DNA of 64,000 nt from Octopus vulgaris (Eukaryota): contig OX597832.1 of the NCBI GenBank assembly GCA_951406725.2, positions 23,560,001 through 23,624,000 on the forward strand. Direction: 5' to 3'. The position numbers were made by a program, and so were the translations under genes. Positions 1 through 14,815 of this stretch are shown in pieces (the first letter of the stretch is position 1; each line of letters begins with the position of its first letter). The notes under the pieces were generated by a model. That model worked only from the letters and a program-made list of their open reading frames with translations, was not told the origin of the DNA and did no database searches.

Positions 1-170
1 ATGTTTTACATTCGGATTGAATGTTCTTGACACCAGGTCACAACCGGTTTCCTTAGATATCAAGGACCTTTCTTAAAATCCTTGCTATTCTGAATAGAAC
101 AGGTTTCTGAAACATTGCAACTGTTGGAGTTACACTAATCTCAATAAGGGAACTGGTAAGTCTGCTGATG
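1..170 (-). mobile_element. 3' end fragment of an R4/Dong-like (RLE-type) non-LTR retrotransposon
   Basis: Minus strand reads …MFQKPVLFRIARILRKVLDI* (stop at 53-55), resembling the C-terminal QKxxLLGTAxILRKVL motif of R4/Dong ORFs. A short 3' UTR runs off the window edge. Confidence 0.55.
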
Positions 171-181
171 ACGGTAACTCC

Positions 182-369
182 TTCTTCTTCTTCTTGTTCT
201 TCTTCTTCTTCTTCTTCTTCTTCTTCTTCTTCTTCTTCTTCTTCTTCTTCTTCTTCTTCTTCTTCTTCTTCTTCTTCTTCTTCTTCTTCTTCTTCTTCTT
301 CTTCTCCCACTCGTCTTCTTATTCTTCGTCTTCGTCTTCTTCTTCTTATTATTATTATTATTATTATTA

Positions 370-425
<56 letters not shown>
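182..425. repeat. compound microsatellite (TTC)n-(TTA)n
   Basis: Directly visible; explains the poly-E/S/F/I/Y ORFs. Confidence 0.95.
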
Positions 426-980
426 GAGTGAGAGAGCAGTTCATGCCATCAAAGTGACACTGGGGTAAAATATACGAAGCCCAATATACACATCATGACT
501 ACCCGTCTGATAAAGTTACACCAGGCACATGCATCACAACCATATGTGCGCGACATGGTGATCTCATATCAAGATAAACAGCACAGGACCTTGCGGGTGA
601 GGCCCAGTTAGAATTTTCTTCAGGTTGAGTAGCCCATCCCGCTCAAAAGGTCCCTGAATAAGGATTGTTTAAGGATGTTGAAAGAACCACCCATGTTTCC
701 AGAGGTGAATTATTCAAACCCCAAAGAATCCCTCTCAACACATGGCTATGATGCTCCCCCACTACTTCTGCTCGTGATCAGAGATGCACATATCGTCAGC
801 CACTAAGGGAAATGCTCAACTGGTTAAGGTCAAACAACTGACAAGCAAATCTGTTGTATTGAGCAGAATATTTGCTGTAGCCCATCTTTTATACCAAGAC
901 AAAACAATGTACATGATAACACTTGCAATCAGTTAAGATCAGAAGCCATGAGAGCCACTGCCTGGTACTGCATCAGGGCA
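426..980. mobile_element. 555-bp interspersed element within (TTA)n, copy 1 (family E)
   Basis: Starts GAGTGAGAGAGCA…, ends …GGTACTGCATCAGGGCA. Colinear with 44931-45485. The terminal 17 nt are duplicated at about 985-1001. Confidence 0.85.
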
Positions 981-1022
981 TTATTGGTACTGCATCAGGG
1001 CTATTATTATTATTATTATTAA

Positions 1023-1815
1023 AGCGGTGAACTGGCCAAATCGTTAGCACGCCGGGCGAAATGCTTAGCGCTATTTCGTCTGCCATAACGTTCTGAGTTC
1101 AAATTCCGCCGAGGTCGACTTTGCCTTTCATCCTTTTGAGGTCGATTAAATTAAGTACCAGTTACGCACTGGGGTCGATGTAATCGACTTAATCCGTTTG
1201 TCTGTCCTTGTTTGTCCCCTCTGTATTTAGCCCCTTGTGGGTAGTAAAGAAATAGGTATTTCGTCTGCCGTTACTTTCTGAGTTCAAATTCCGCCGAGGT
1301 TGACTTTGCCTTTCATCCTTTTGAGGTCGATAAATTAAGTACCAGTTACGCACTGAGGTCGATGTAATAGACTTAATCCCTTTGTCTCTCCTTTTTTGTC
1401 CCCTCTATGTTTAGCCCCTTGTGGGTAATAAAGAAATACGAAACGTTTGTACGCCGGGCGAAATGCTTAGCAGTATTCTTTCTGCCGCTACGTTCTGAGT
1501 TCAAATTCCACCGTGGTCGTCTTTGCCTTTCATCCTTTCGGGGTCGATTAAATAAGTACCAGTTACGCAGTGGGGTCGATGTAATCGACTTAATCCGTTT
1601 GTCTGTTCTTGTTTGTCCCCTCTGTGTTTTGCCCCTTGTGGGTAGTAAAGAAATAGGTATTTCGTCTGTGTTTACGTTCAAATTCCGTCGAGGTCGACTT
1701 TGCCTTTCATACCTTTCGGGGTCGATAAATTAAGTACCTTTTACGTACTGGGATCGATCTAATCGACTCGCCTCCTCCCCAAAAATGTTGGGCCTTGAGC
1801 CTAGAGTAGAAAAGA
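1023..1815 (+). mobile_element. tandem multimer (about 4 units) of tRNA-headed SINE family B (Meta-domain-like core)
   Basis: Repeated GAGTTCAAATTCCGCCGAGGTCGACTTTGCCTTTCATCCTTTCGGGGTCGATAAATTAAGTACCAG units. B-box-like GTTCAAATTCC. Many dispersed copies in the window. Confidence 0.85.
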
Positions 1816-2159
1816 ATATATGGATATTCCTCAATCCTTCGCGGATGGATTGATGTATATAGGACAGTTTACTTTTATTCATATTTCGTCATGCATGAAG
1901 GCGTACAGAATTAAAGCAATAAAGAAAAAGAAACTAACAAAGAAATTTGAAATGGTTCTTATATTTCGACTTATAAATTCAGATTATTGGAAATCGAAGT
2001 AGCCGGATCGATAGTGTCTCGCCAGTGACAAAAGAGTCTGGGGTTTTTTTTGTAGGTTTTTTTTTTTCATCTATGGCTTACTTCTAATCTGTGACGCCAT
2101 CAGAGCGATGGACAAAATAATTGCAGCATTTGTTCCAGTTTATTGTGTTCTGCGTTCAA

Positions 2160-2212
<53 letters not shown>

Positions 2213-2369
2213 GCACACACATATGCACACATATATATAATAATGTATATAATATAACAATAAATATAATATGATATATATATAGTTTATATATATATAT
2301 ATAATGTATATAATATAGAATATATATAATTTCATTATTGCCCACACATATATTATATAATATAAAAGG

Positions 2370-2604
2370 TGATGACCCTCTTCGGCCATGAATGACCATG
2401 GGATTGAACCTAGAAAGTTCCCCTCCGAGGCGCAACTCCAGGCAAGGTCGTTTAAGGAAGACCAGCAGTTGCCCATCCATACCAGCCTCCCCTCTCCACG
2501 CCAAAGAAAGGAAAAGCCAGTTACAGCTTTGCACCAGTGACGTCGTAACTCATTTCTGCAGCTGAGTGAACTGGAGCAACATGAAGTAAAATGTCTTGCT
2601 CAAG
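2370..2604 (-). mobile_element. SINE family D, partial copy
   Basis: Reverse complement matches 20970-21208 (TCTTGAGCAAGACA…TTGCTCCAGTTCACTCAGCTG…GACGTCACTGGTGC). Confidence 0.7.
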
Positions 2605-2656
2605 AAATCATAATGCATAATATTATATAATATAATATATGTATAATACGATACAT

Positions 2657-2822
2657 ACTCTTTTACTCTTTTACTTGTTTCAGTCTTTTTACTGTGGCCA
2701 TGCTGGAGCACCGCCTTTTAGTCGAGCAAATCGACCCCAGGACTTATTTTTTGTAAGCCTAGTATTTATTCTATCGGTCTCTTTTGCTGAACCACTAAGT
2801 TTCAGCGACATAAACACACCAT
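2657..2822 (-). mobile_element. SINE family A, 3' part
   Basis: CTCTTTTACTTGTTTCAGTC…GGCCATGCTGGAGCACCGCC… matches the 3' end of the full copies. Confidence 0.8.
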
Positions 2823-3024
2823 AGCGGCATTTCGTCCGTCCTTATAGTCTAAGTTCAAATGTTTTGCCGAAGTCGATTTTGCTTTTAAATTCTTTCGCCT
2901 GCAATAGAATGTTTATCATCCTCGTGCCTATAGTAAAAAAGTATTACTTATAACTTTATATCGAGTTTCTCTTTTGAAAACATTTCATGTCTCCCAAACT
3001 TTAGAAATTGTTATGACGAAAACA

Positions 3025-3590
<566 letters not shown>

Positions 3591-4471
3591 TATATATGGT
3601 AAATCAAAGCGACGCCATAGGCCTGTCAATGATTAAAAATAGAGAATTTACATAAAAAAGTTTGTTTATACATGCACTGTTCGAATTTTTAACAATTTAT
3701 ATTTTTGGAACAATATTTAATAATGTTGCGCTGAGAAAATCGAAAAATAATATATAGCCAGGTTGTTGTTATTGATGTTGTTGCTGTTGTTGTGTTTGAT
3801 CTATGGTTTATTTCTAGTCTGTGTTACCTTCGTTCTTGAATATCTCGCTCTTATATTTATATATAAAACAATATTATTCATTTCGTTTCTTTAAACAATA
3901 GGTCGTGCACCAAGGAGAGAATAAAATTAATCACATGCAGGGCGACGAGAAATTGCGCAAACATCATACATAGCAGGTTACAACCCCTGTGAATCAGGAA
4001 TTCACAGTATAACAAATTTATTATTCGATTTTATTATAGCAAATTATATTGAGTATAACAGAACATTATTCTATTTTGTTATATCAAATTATTTTCAGTA
4101 TAACAGGAGATTATTCAATTATATGTGATGCCTTCCAGTGAAGTCTTGTAATACAAGGTACACTATAACCATCCCATCACGACATGAGGTGAGATTCGAA
4201 ATTTGAATTTCAAATTAAGGAATTAAGGAATTACGAAGACAAAAAATGCATAGAATTCACATATTCATTTATTTGATTTCGTTTCGTTTCTTTTTTTTTT
4301 TTTTTACTCTACCAGAATATTTTCCGTGTGATAAACATTATTCTATTAGATTCCTTTTTTGGCTCATTGTGCTGAGATGAAATGTCGTTTAGGCAAACTT
4401 TGTCTTTCATCTCTTTGGGAACGATAAGTACATTATCAGTCAGGTATTAGGGTCGATTTCTCCCTCACGCA

Positions 4472-4558
<87 letters not shown>

Positions 4559-4615
4559 CACACACATACTTATACATATAGTGTGCGTGCATACAGGTAA
4601 TGTATATAGGTAATG

Positions 4616-4655
<40 letters not shown>

Positions 4656-4661
<6 letters not shown>

Positions 4662-4786
4662 CAGTGTACATTTAAACACAAAGTTTTTATCCCTAATTTT
4701 GTGGTTTTGGAACCTAGCTGTTCTTTCTAGCGTGAGTAATCCCACGAGTGGATTCCTCTTTTGTGTTTAAATGTACATTGTATTTT
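4656..4786. repeat. inverted repeat, 27-bp arms with 77-bp spacer, abutting (TA)n
   Basis: AAAATACAGTGTACATTTAAACACAAA (4656-4682) vs TTTGTGTTTAAATGTACATTGTATTTT (4760-4786), 1 mismatch. A related sequence occurs at about 22227-22320. Confidence 0.85.
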
Positions 4787-4875
4787 ATGACTAATACATA
4801 GTCTTTGGACTAAATTTTTACACGCTAGGCCACCGGAAATGAAGATTTCTATTAATTTCCACTTCCTTCGATATG

Positions 4876-4933
<58 letters not shown>

Positions 4934-5328
4934 TATGTATATATATATATACATGGCGGGGGAGCTTGTTGGATTGTTTAAGTGTAGTAACCTGCCGGTT
5001 CAGCAAATGGAAAGCGATAGATTTAGAAACAGACTTAAAAGAGGTATTGGTATCGGTCTGTTCGACTAACTCTGCAAGGCGGTGTTCCAGTATGCCTGTA
5101 GTCCAACGACTGTAACAAGTAAAATTGTGAAAAGATGGTAAAAGATAAAAGAATGCACCAGATAACGTAGCGATAAGCGTGAGGGAAAATGGAAACGACG
5201 AGATTTCGATGGATGGAGCTTCCTTAAGTCGGGGTCAGAGATGATCCGGGGTTTAAACAATAACAACAGCAGAAATCGGAGGGCATTGGTAGTAAAATAT
5301 CGCCATAATAACAATCGGGTAAGACAAC

Positions 5329-5650
5329 TATGTTCTGAGTTCAAAATCCGCTGAGGTCGACTGTACCTTTCATCCTTTCGGGTCGATTAAATAAGTACCA
5401 GTTACGCACTGGGGTCGATCTAATCGACTTAATCCCTTTGTCTGACCTTGTTTGTCCCCTCTGTGTTTAGCCCCTTGTGGGTAGTAAAGAAATAAGAATC
5501 GTTAGCACACTGGGCGAAGAGCTCAGCGGGAGGTCATCCATCCTTACTTTGTGAGTTCAAATTCTACCTCGGTCGACTTTGACTTTCAGCTTCCAGGGTC
5601 GAGAAAGTAAGTACCAGTCGAGCATTGGAGTCGATGTAACCGACTTAACT
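5329..5650 (+). mobile_element. SINE family B (one unit plus a degenerate second unit)
   Basis: Same core as 1023-1815. Confidence 0.8.
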
Positions 5651-5878
5651 ACTCCTGGGTATGAGTATAAAAACTGCATCTCATCTCTCTGCTAAGCCAT
5701 GCTGAGCCTGTACGACAGAGTAGGCTCATCAAACTAGTGTTTACTCAAGCACAAAATTCACGGCCTACACATCAAGCAGTTGTTGGTCTACAGAACATGC
5801 TGAGGCTGTCCTCCTGCACTGAACATGGACTGAACATGGCCAATCCAATCCAGCCCAACAGTCACAAAGTTAGTGGAT

Positions 5879-6261
5879 GGAAGCACTCCGTCAGTTACGA
5901 AGACGAGGGTTCCGGTTGATCCGATCAACGGAACAGCCTGCTCGTGAAATTAACGTGTAAGTAGCTGAGCACTCCACAGACACGTGTACCCTTAACGTAG
6001 TTCTCGGGGATATTCAGCGTGACACAGAGAGTGACATGGCCGGCCCTTTGAAATACAGGTACAACAGAAACAGGAAGTAAGAGTGAGAGAAAGTTCTGGT
6101 GAAATAGTACAGCAGGGATCACCACCATCCCCTGCCGGAGCCTCGTGGAGCTTTAGGTGTTTTCGCTCAATAAACACTCACAACGCCCGGTCTGGGAATC
6201 GAAACCGCGATCCTACGACCGCGAGTCCGCTGCCCTAACCACTGGGCCATTGCGCCTCCAC
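5879..6261 (-). mobile_element. tRNA-headed SINE family C, full copy
   Basis: Reverse complement of 58630-59000. Head GGCGCAATGGCCCAGTGGTTAGGGCAGCGGACTCGCGG…GGTTTCGATTCCC carries A and B boxes. Confidence 0.88.
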
Positions 6262-6620
6262 ACAAAGTTAGTACTACCTTTAAAACACACCAACAATGCT
6301 GAAATATTTTCCCATTAATAATTTCTCTATCCCTTACAAATCGTAGACACTGCTCAACTGCTGTTCTACTACCATGTCGTAGTGTTAAGTTTCTTCGTGA
6401 ATAATTTAGTTATGGTGCTAGGTAGACTATTAAAAAGAATGTTAAGTTAGTTTTGCGTCTTAAATACATGAATTAAAATCTAATAAACTATTTTTATTCT
6501 GAAATTATTTTCCTCCCATGTCAATTGCGATGAAATATTGCTGTAGTTAACTCATATATCGATATAAGAGAGTGAGCGCATGTTTATGTGTGTGTGTTTC
6601 TCTGTGCATATATTTTACAC

Positions 6621-6624
<4 letters not shown>

Positions 6625-6675
<51 letters not shown>

Positions 6676-6676
6676 A

Positions 6677-6707
<31 letters not shown>

Positions 6708-6767
6708 AACAGATAGACAGACATACAGATAGACAGACATACAGACAGACATACAGACAGACTGCAC

Positions 6768-6824
<57 letters not shown>

Positions 6825-6899
6825 GTAAGTAAGTATGTAGGTAGGTAGGTAGGTAGGTAGGTAGGTAGGTAGGTAGGTATGTAGGTAGGTAGGTAGGTG

Positions 6900-6953
<54 letters not shown>

Positions 6954-7045
6954 AACATGCATACATACATACATACATGCATACTTAAATACGTACATAC
7001 ATGCATACATACATACATACATACATACATACATACATACATACA

Positions 7046-7076
<31 letters not shown>

Positions 7077-7105
7077 TATATTATATTATATTACATTATA
7101 TTATG
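6625..7105. repeat. compound microsatellite (GA)n-(GACA)n-(GATA)n-(GGTA)n-(CATA)n-(ATTAT)n
   Basis: Directly visible. Confidence 0.95.
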
Positions 7106-7387
7106 TAATTTTTGGAAAAGTTCCTGATGCTATCACGATAATTGAGAATGGATCTGGTTAAATTTAAAAAAGTATTAACTCTTTTTAACAAAAATCTTTA
7201 ATAGCTGGAGATAGTGAAAGCGTCGAAGCAGGAGCAGCCTGACATCATGTCAATATTCACCTGATTTTTGAAAAATATTCTTTGACGTGTTTAATAATTT
7301 TTAACTCACGAAAATACTTTTTCACCACCACCACCACCACAAACACACACACATGTATATACATATATATATATATATATATATACG

Positions 7388-7447
<60 letters not shown>

Positions 7448-7471
7448 CATAATACATACGTATATACATTC

Positions 7472-7509
<38 letters not shown>

Positions 7510-7524
7510 GTACTATGTATTATG

Positions 7525-7567
<43 letters not shown>

Positions 7568-8374
7568 TTATGTATGTATGTATGTATGTATTTATGTATG
7601 TATGTATGTATGTATGTATGTATGTATGTATGTATGTATGTATGTATGTATGTATGTATGTATATACGTATGTATGCAGAAAGGGGAAGGTACCAAAGAG
7701 TGTTTATTGGAGGGGAATGTCGTAATGATAAAAAGTAGGGGATCGGGAACGATATATTAAAGGGTTAAGTGATCAGTGTTGGGAGGAGACAAGAGCAAAG
7801 AGAAAGTGGGGGAGGCCCGAGACAGGGTAACGAGTTTTACTGAAAGGAAGGAGGTTTCGGTGAGAGTAGAAGAAAGAGAAAGCTACATATATACAGTCAC
7901 TCACATACATACCCGCCCATGTAATATACTTAGAAAATAATAACTGTTAAAGTAGGAGTCGCTAGTCAACACCTGACGTTCCGCCTAACGTAAGGACGCG
8001 GTCTCTTCTGACCAGCCAACGTGGATTGTCGGCGCTGTCAGCTGACAATGGAGTCTCTTCGTTGGCTGTCAAAGGGAGAGTGGAGAATTCTATATGGCCA
8101 ACTAATGAAGGAGACCACACGTCAATAACCGAAAATCCCCTACAGGTCAACCAATGATGGACGCTTTATGTGATCAGAGAACAAAGAGGCCTTTACACGG
8201 TCAACGTTGCACGGGCGCGAAAGCTACGTTGTTATCCTCATTCCGTAAACGGTGGCTTTTAACGGGTGAAGAGCTGAACCATCCTGGGGTACAGAGGATT
8301 CCCAATCTAGACTAGGCTCTGAAAGTTTACCACACCATAGTGGGTTACACCATGGTTCCTCTGCTTTGCGGCAG

Positions 8375-8567
8375 AAGTAGGAAGAAAGAGTGAGAGAAAA
8401 CTGTGATGAAAGAATACAGCGGGGTTCACTGCGACCCCCGGCCGGAGCCTGGTGGAGCTTAAGTGCTTTTGCTCAATAAACACTCACAATGCCCGGTCTG
8501 GGAATCGAAACCGAGTTCTTACGACCGCGAGTTCGCTGCCCTAACTACTGGGCCATTGCGCCTCCAC
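8375..8567 (-). mobile_element. SINE family C, 5' half
   Basis: Matches 6070-6261. Confidence 0.82.
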
Positions 8568-9506
8568 ATTTGTTGTTGTTGCTTAACCTGCAGAGAACTT
8601 TAATCATCGAGTTCTGATGATTAAAGCTGGAATCGAAAATATCCCAGCCATTACTGCGATGTCATTTTCCCAGTCACACCACACCCGGAACACATAATTC
8701 ATTCCAACGATCTCCTGCTCAAGAAAATACGATGTGATTTCATAAAGACGTTGCTACTCTTTTCAGCAAAAGGAACGACTTCGTTGCGGCTTCTTCGTTA
8801 ATAGTTCCTTACAACCAGCCAGACCAGCACTCACTCCATCATATTCCCACCTCTAGACAAAATATCAATTCCACCAATAACAGAACATATCACATTTCCT
8901 TTTCCCGAAGATTGTACACGAGTTAAGAACACATCTATTTTCCTTCTTCGAATACACCTCCATTCATCCGCTTCCTACCTAATTAAGTAAACAAAGCATA
9001 TCTACCTGACATAGCCAGTTCTAACAATCACATCAACAGATTCCTAGCAATGATTTACGTGCTGTTTTTCTTATTTCCTTATTTCAAAGACAAATGTTTT
9101 CTCTTCTCGATAATTACTGAATTCTTGCAACAAAAGAGGCCGGCTGCTGATTGTTTCCCAGAAAATATCGTTAGTTCAGACACGCAGCGCGAAAAACGAT
9201 AAATATTTAATAAGCGTCTTGCTTTAATCGTGTTTAGTCTTAACTCAACTTGATGCTTAGGCTACTCAAATAAACATCACGCAGAAATACACGCGTGCAT
9301 ACTAATAATGCACACGAAGCACACAACCACAAACAATCACACACACGCAAACACATACAAACATGCGCATGCGCACTCATGCAAATATTTTGGCTGTTCA
9401 AAAATACTCATCCATGTGTGTATACATATGTATTTATGTACGTAGTATGCACGTAGGTATGCATGCATGTATATATGACTAAAAAGGTATATATATCTAT
9501 ATATAT

Positions 9507-9537
<31 letters not shown>

Positions 9538-9594
9538 CATATATCATATATATGTTTTTCCATGTATATATATATATGTAATTATATATATATA

Positions 9595-10004
9595 CTCTTT
9601 ACTCTCTTTTACTCTTTTACATGTTTCAGTCATTTGACTGTGACCATGCTGGAGCACCGCCTTTAGTCGAGCAAATCGACCCCGGGACTTATTATTTGTA
9701 AACCGAGTACTTATTCTATCGGTTTCTTTCTCCGAACCGCTAACTTACAGGGACGTAAACACACCACCATCGGTTGTCAAGCGATGTTGGGGGGACAAAC
9801 ACAAACACACAAAGACACACACACACATATAAAAATTTATATATATATGACGGGCTTCTTTCAGTTTCCGTCTACCAAATCCACTCACAAGGGCTTTGGT
9901 CGGCCCGAGGCTATAGTAGAAGATACTTGCCCAAGGTGCCACTCAGTGGGCCTGAACACGGAACCATGTGGTTGGTAAGCAAGCTGCTTACCACACAGCT
10001 ACTC
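9595..10004 (-). mobile_element. tRNA-headed SINE family A, near-full copy
   Basis: Head GCTGTGTGGTAAGCAGCTTGCTTACCAACCACATGGTTCC…, internal (TA)n/(TG)n, tail (GTAAAAGA)n. Confidence 0.88.
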
Positions 10005-10269
10005 GTTTGTATGTACATGTGTGTGTTTGTATGTATATATATATATATGTGTTTGTGCATGTGTGTGTGTATGTGTGGTGTGAATTTGTATATATATGCC
10101 TCTGTGTGTGTATATGTATGTAGTAAACCAGCTTACGTCCATTTTCCGTGTTGTAATATGTACGTATTCATGTATATGTGCATCTATGTATCAGAGTATA
10201 AAGCGTTATGTATATGTGCGTATGTGTTTATGTACGTGTGTATGCATGCCTGCATGTGCCTTTCTGTAT

Positions 10270-10310
<41 letters not shown>

Positions 10311-10865
10311 CATGTGTATGTCTCTATGAATGTATGTGTTCGTATGCATTTCTGTATTTGCGTAACAGGATTGCACTATGCTTACATATTCAATTTGAAA
10401 GATCGATAAAAAGCTAAAAGAAAAAGAACCCTTCTCATTCACGTACATACCTGCACAAGGATTTCGTCCGAACAAATAAGAAAAAAAAAACATTAAGGCA
10501 CAAATTCCCCACAAGGAATATAATCCAATATCTGAATTTCTTTGTTTTCCATTTTCACTGCATTTGGCAAAAAAGAAATGAAAATAAGAATCTTTCACTT
10601 CATGATACTGTTTCGAAACTAAATAATACTGTGACTTTCGGAACTAAACACAATTTGGCTTTATTAATTTAGCTAATTCTTTGCGAACGGTAGCCATGTA
10701 ATGTAATTTTTCTTTATACATAAATCAACTCTGATAAAATACGAACGTATGCACGTATAAATAAGGGTATCTATGTATATATATATATATATATATAGTG
10801 TATATATATATGTGCATGTGTGCATAGGGAAATATATATATACATACTCACACACGCACACGTAG

Positions 10866-10898
<33 letters not shown>

Positions 10899-10901
10899 CA
10901 T

Positions 10902-11048
<147 letters not shown>

Positions 11049-11417
11049 GATACATATATATATATATATACACACACATACATACATTCAGAGTAAGAGA
11101 AACACAGGGAAAGTGGAATAAACATTAGGACCGCTCTGCACTGATGAAATGCGAATGCCAAACAAAACTTTCGTGTTCAGGTTAAGTAATGTTATTAAAT
11201 ATTCACAAATGATATTGTTTAGTTTCGTTTTTTTTCTTCTTACACTGCCTATAGGGCAATTAGAAAGAGAAAACCCTGTACCCAATTTTCAGAGTTATAC
11301 TAAACCAAATGAATTTATACAAGTTTGTATGGGAGTCTTTGTGTATAACATATAGATTACTTATTTGTGTTCTTAATCACACCTGAGCTCATATATACAT
11401 ACATATATATATATATG

Positions 11418-11457
<40 letters not shown>

Positions 11458-11543
11458 TATATATACATACATATATATAAATATGCACATGTAAGTATTC
11501 ATTCATATCTATGTATATATACGTGTAGTCAAGTGTGTGTGTC

Positions 11544-11602
<59 letters not shown>

Positions 11603-11641
11603 ACATGTGGCGTATGCATTATATACGAATATAGATAGACG

Positions 11642-11856
<215 letters not shown>

Positions 11857-12122
11857 TGATTGATTTTTGTTTTTATGTTCAGGTATAATCTGAGGGTCAG
11901 GGCATAGTTTTGTAGAGTACAAATTTATTGTTCTTACTCAAGGATAGTACCAACTATGACTTCGGATAAGAAATCCTCGAACTGTGATTCATTAAGTTAA
12001 TATAGAATCTGTTGGCATGGAAATATATTTTCCGGAGTTTATGGGATTCAGTTGAAAGGTAATTATGTTGTAGAGTTCGTTGTGGTGAAAAGGTGAACAA
12101 ATTTTTATTAATCAAGGAATTG

Positions 12123-12165
12123 CAGTCCGATGAGGGGTTAGCTAGGCGAAACTTCGAAGTCTCTG
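12123..12165 (+). ncRNA. hammerhead-ribozyme-like motif (type I, CCGAUGA core, degenerate stem II) in a probable Penelope-like remnant
   Basis: CAGT-CCGATGA-GGGGTTAGCTAGGC-GAAAC-TTCGAA-GTC-TCTG. The stem III region ACTTCGAAGT is a perfect palindrome. Followed by (TA)n. Confidence 0.5.
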
Positions 12166-12295
12166 TCAATACTATGCTTCCTAAAGTATATATATATATA
12201 TATATATATATACACGTACATTATATGTGTGTATGTGTGTGCCTGTGTCTGTGCGTGTCTGTGTGTGTCTGTATATGTGTGTGCGTGAGTGTGTA

Positions 12296-12724
12296 GGCGT
12301 AGATGTGATTGTGTAGTAAGATGCTTGCTTCCCAACCACATGGATCCAAAATCTTTCCCACTGCGTGGCACCTTGGACAAGTGTCTTCTACTATAGCCTT
12401 GGGCCGACCAAAACCTTGTCAGTGGATCTCGTTGGCGGAAACTTAAAGAAGCCTGTCGTTATATATAGGTATGTATGCATGTATGTATGTACTTATAGGT
12501 TTCTGTCTTTGTGTTTGTGTTTGTTCTCCTCCGCCACATCACCGCTTGACAACCGGTGTTGGTATGTTTACATCCCTATAAAATTTGCGGTTCGGGAAAA
12601 GATTCCGATACAATATGTACTAGGCTTTAAAAAAGATGAATCCTGGGGTTGATTTGTTCGACTAAAACCATTCAAGTCGGTGCTCCAGTATGACCGTTAT
12701 TAAAAGATTGAAACAAGTAAAAGA
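12296..12724 (+). mobile_element. SINE family A, diverged full copy
   Basis: Colinear with 49951-50386. Confidence 0.8.
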
Positions 12725-13149
12725 ATATATATGAGTGTGTGTGTGTGTGTATGTTTGTGTGTGTGTGCGTGTGTTTATGTGTGTGTGCTTGTGCGTGTGT
12801 GTGTTTGTGTTTTTTGTAGGTGCTTGTGTGTGTGTGTGCGCTTGTCTGTGTGTGATTGTGTGTGTGTTTGTGTGTTTGTGTGTCGGTGTTTGTGTGTCTG
12901 TGTGTGTCTATGTGTGTGTTTGTGAGTGTTTGTGTTTGTGCGTGTGAGTGTATATATGTAAATGCATGCGCGAAGTCAAGCAAATTTGGGTTTGGTACCC
13001 AGGGGTGCATGGAGCCTACAAGACTGAGCTTACCAAAGGTGTGTCGAAGATGACTGATGAGACAGAGAATTATATGAGCGTGGGGGTGATGATTGTAGTA
13101 GTAGTGGTGGTGATGGTCGTTGTGGTGGTTGTAGTAGTAGTAGAAGTAA

Positions 13150-13215
<66 letters not shown>

Positions 13216-13447
13216 CAGCAGGAGCAAGCATATACTCCTTCCAAGATATTCTCTTGTGTTTCGTTCTTCAAAGACCAGACGGAATCTTGTCTTTGAAGAG
13301 ATTCTAGAATAACTTTAAACGATTCCATTCTTACTTATAAGGCATCGATCGGTTAGAAACGGAAATATCGATTCAACGATGGTGAAGCATTGAGTACTTC
13401 CAAGAGTTGTCTTTCACTCGGTCAACGATCGAGACATACCTAACAAT

Positions 13448-13494
<47 letters not shown>

Positions 13495-13523
13495 ATATAT
13501 AGATAGATAGATATGTATGTATA

Positions 13524-13594
<71 letters not shown>

Positions 13595-13606
13595 CTATCT
13601 ATATAT

Positions 13607-13676
<70 letters not shown>

Positions 13677-14030
13677 CACTGGAACGAATTTTTCTTTCTC
13701 TTGCTTTTCTTTTCGCTCTCTCTCTCTCTCTCTCTCTCTCTTTATATATATGCGTGCGCATGTGTCTGTATGAGGGGTAAGTGTGTGCATGTGTGTGTCT
13801 CTGTGTGTGTGCGTGTGAACATGTGTGTTTGTGTGTGTGTGTGTATATGTGCGTATGCATAGGATAAGTTTCCTGATAGTTTCCATCAAATTCACTCTCG
13901 AGCTATTATTAGTCGGGCCGTACATACAGCTGAAGACACTTTGCCAATTTTCCGCTCAGTAGAACTGAACGCGGAAACCGCGTTGTTACAAAGTGAGCAC
14001 GTCAACCACACATCGATGCCAGAGTCAGTT

Positions 14031-14815
<785 letters not shown>

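Noticed and set aside
1023-1815. Repeat-spacer-like appearance suggesting a CRISPR array
   Set aside because: Units are about 200-bp SINE copies without unique spacers, in eukaryotic DNA with no cas genes.
1880-1915. Minus-strand ILYAFMH resembling the GPCR TM7 end
   Set aside because: No upstream NP, an immediate stop and no splice context.
8614-8645. CTGATGA…GAAA on plus strand
   Set aside because: No valid stems I/II; the CTGATGA is part of an unrelated hairpin.
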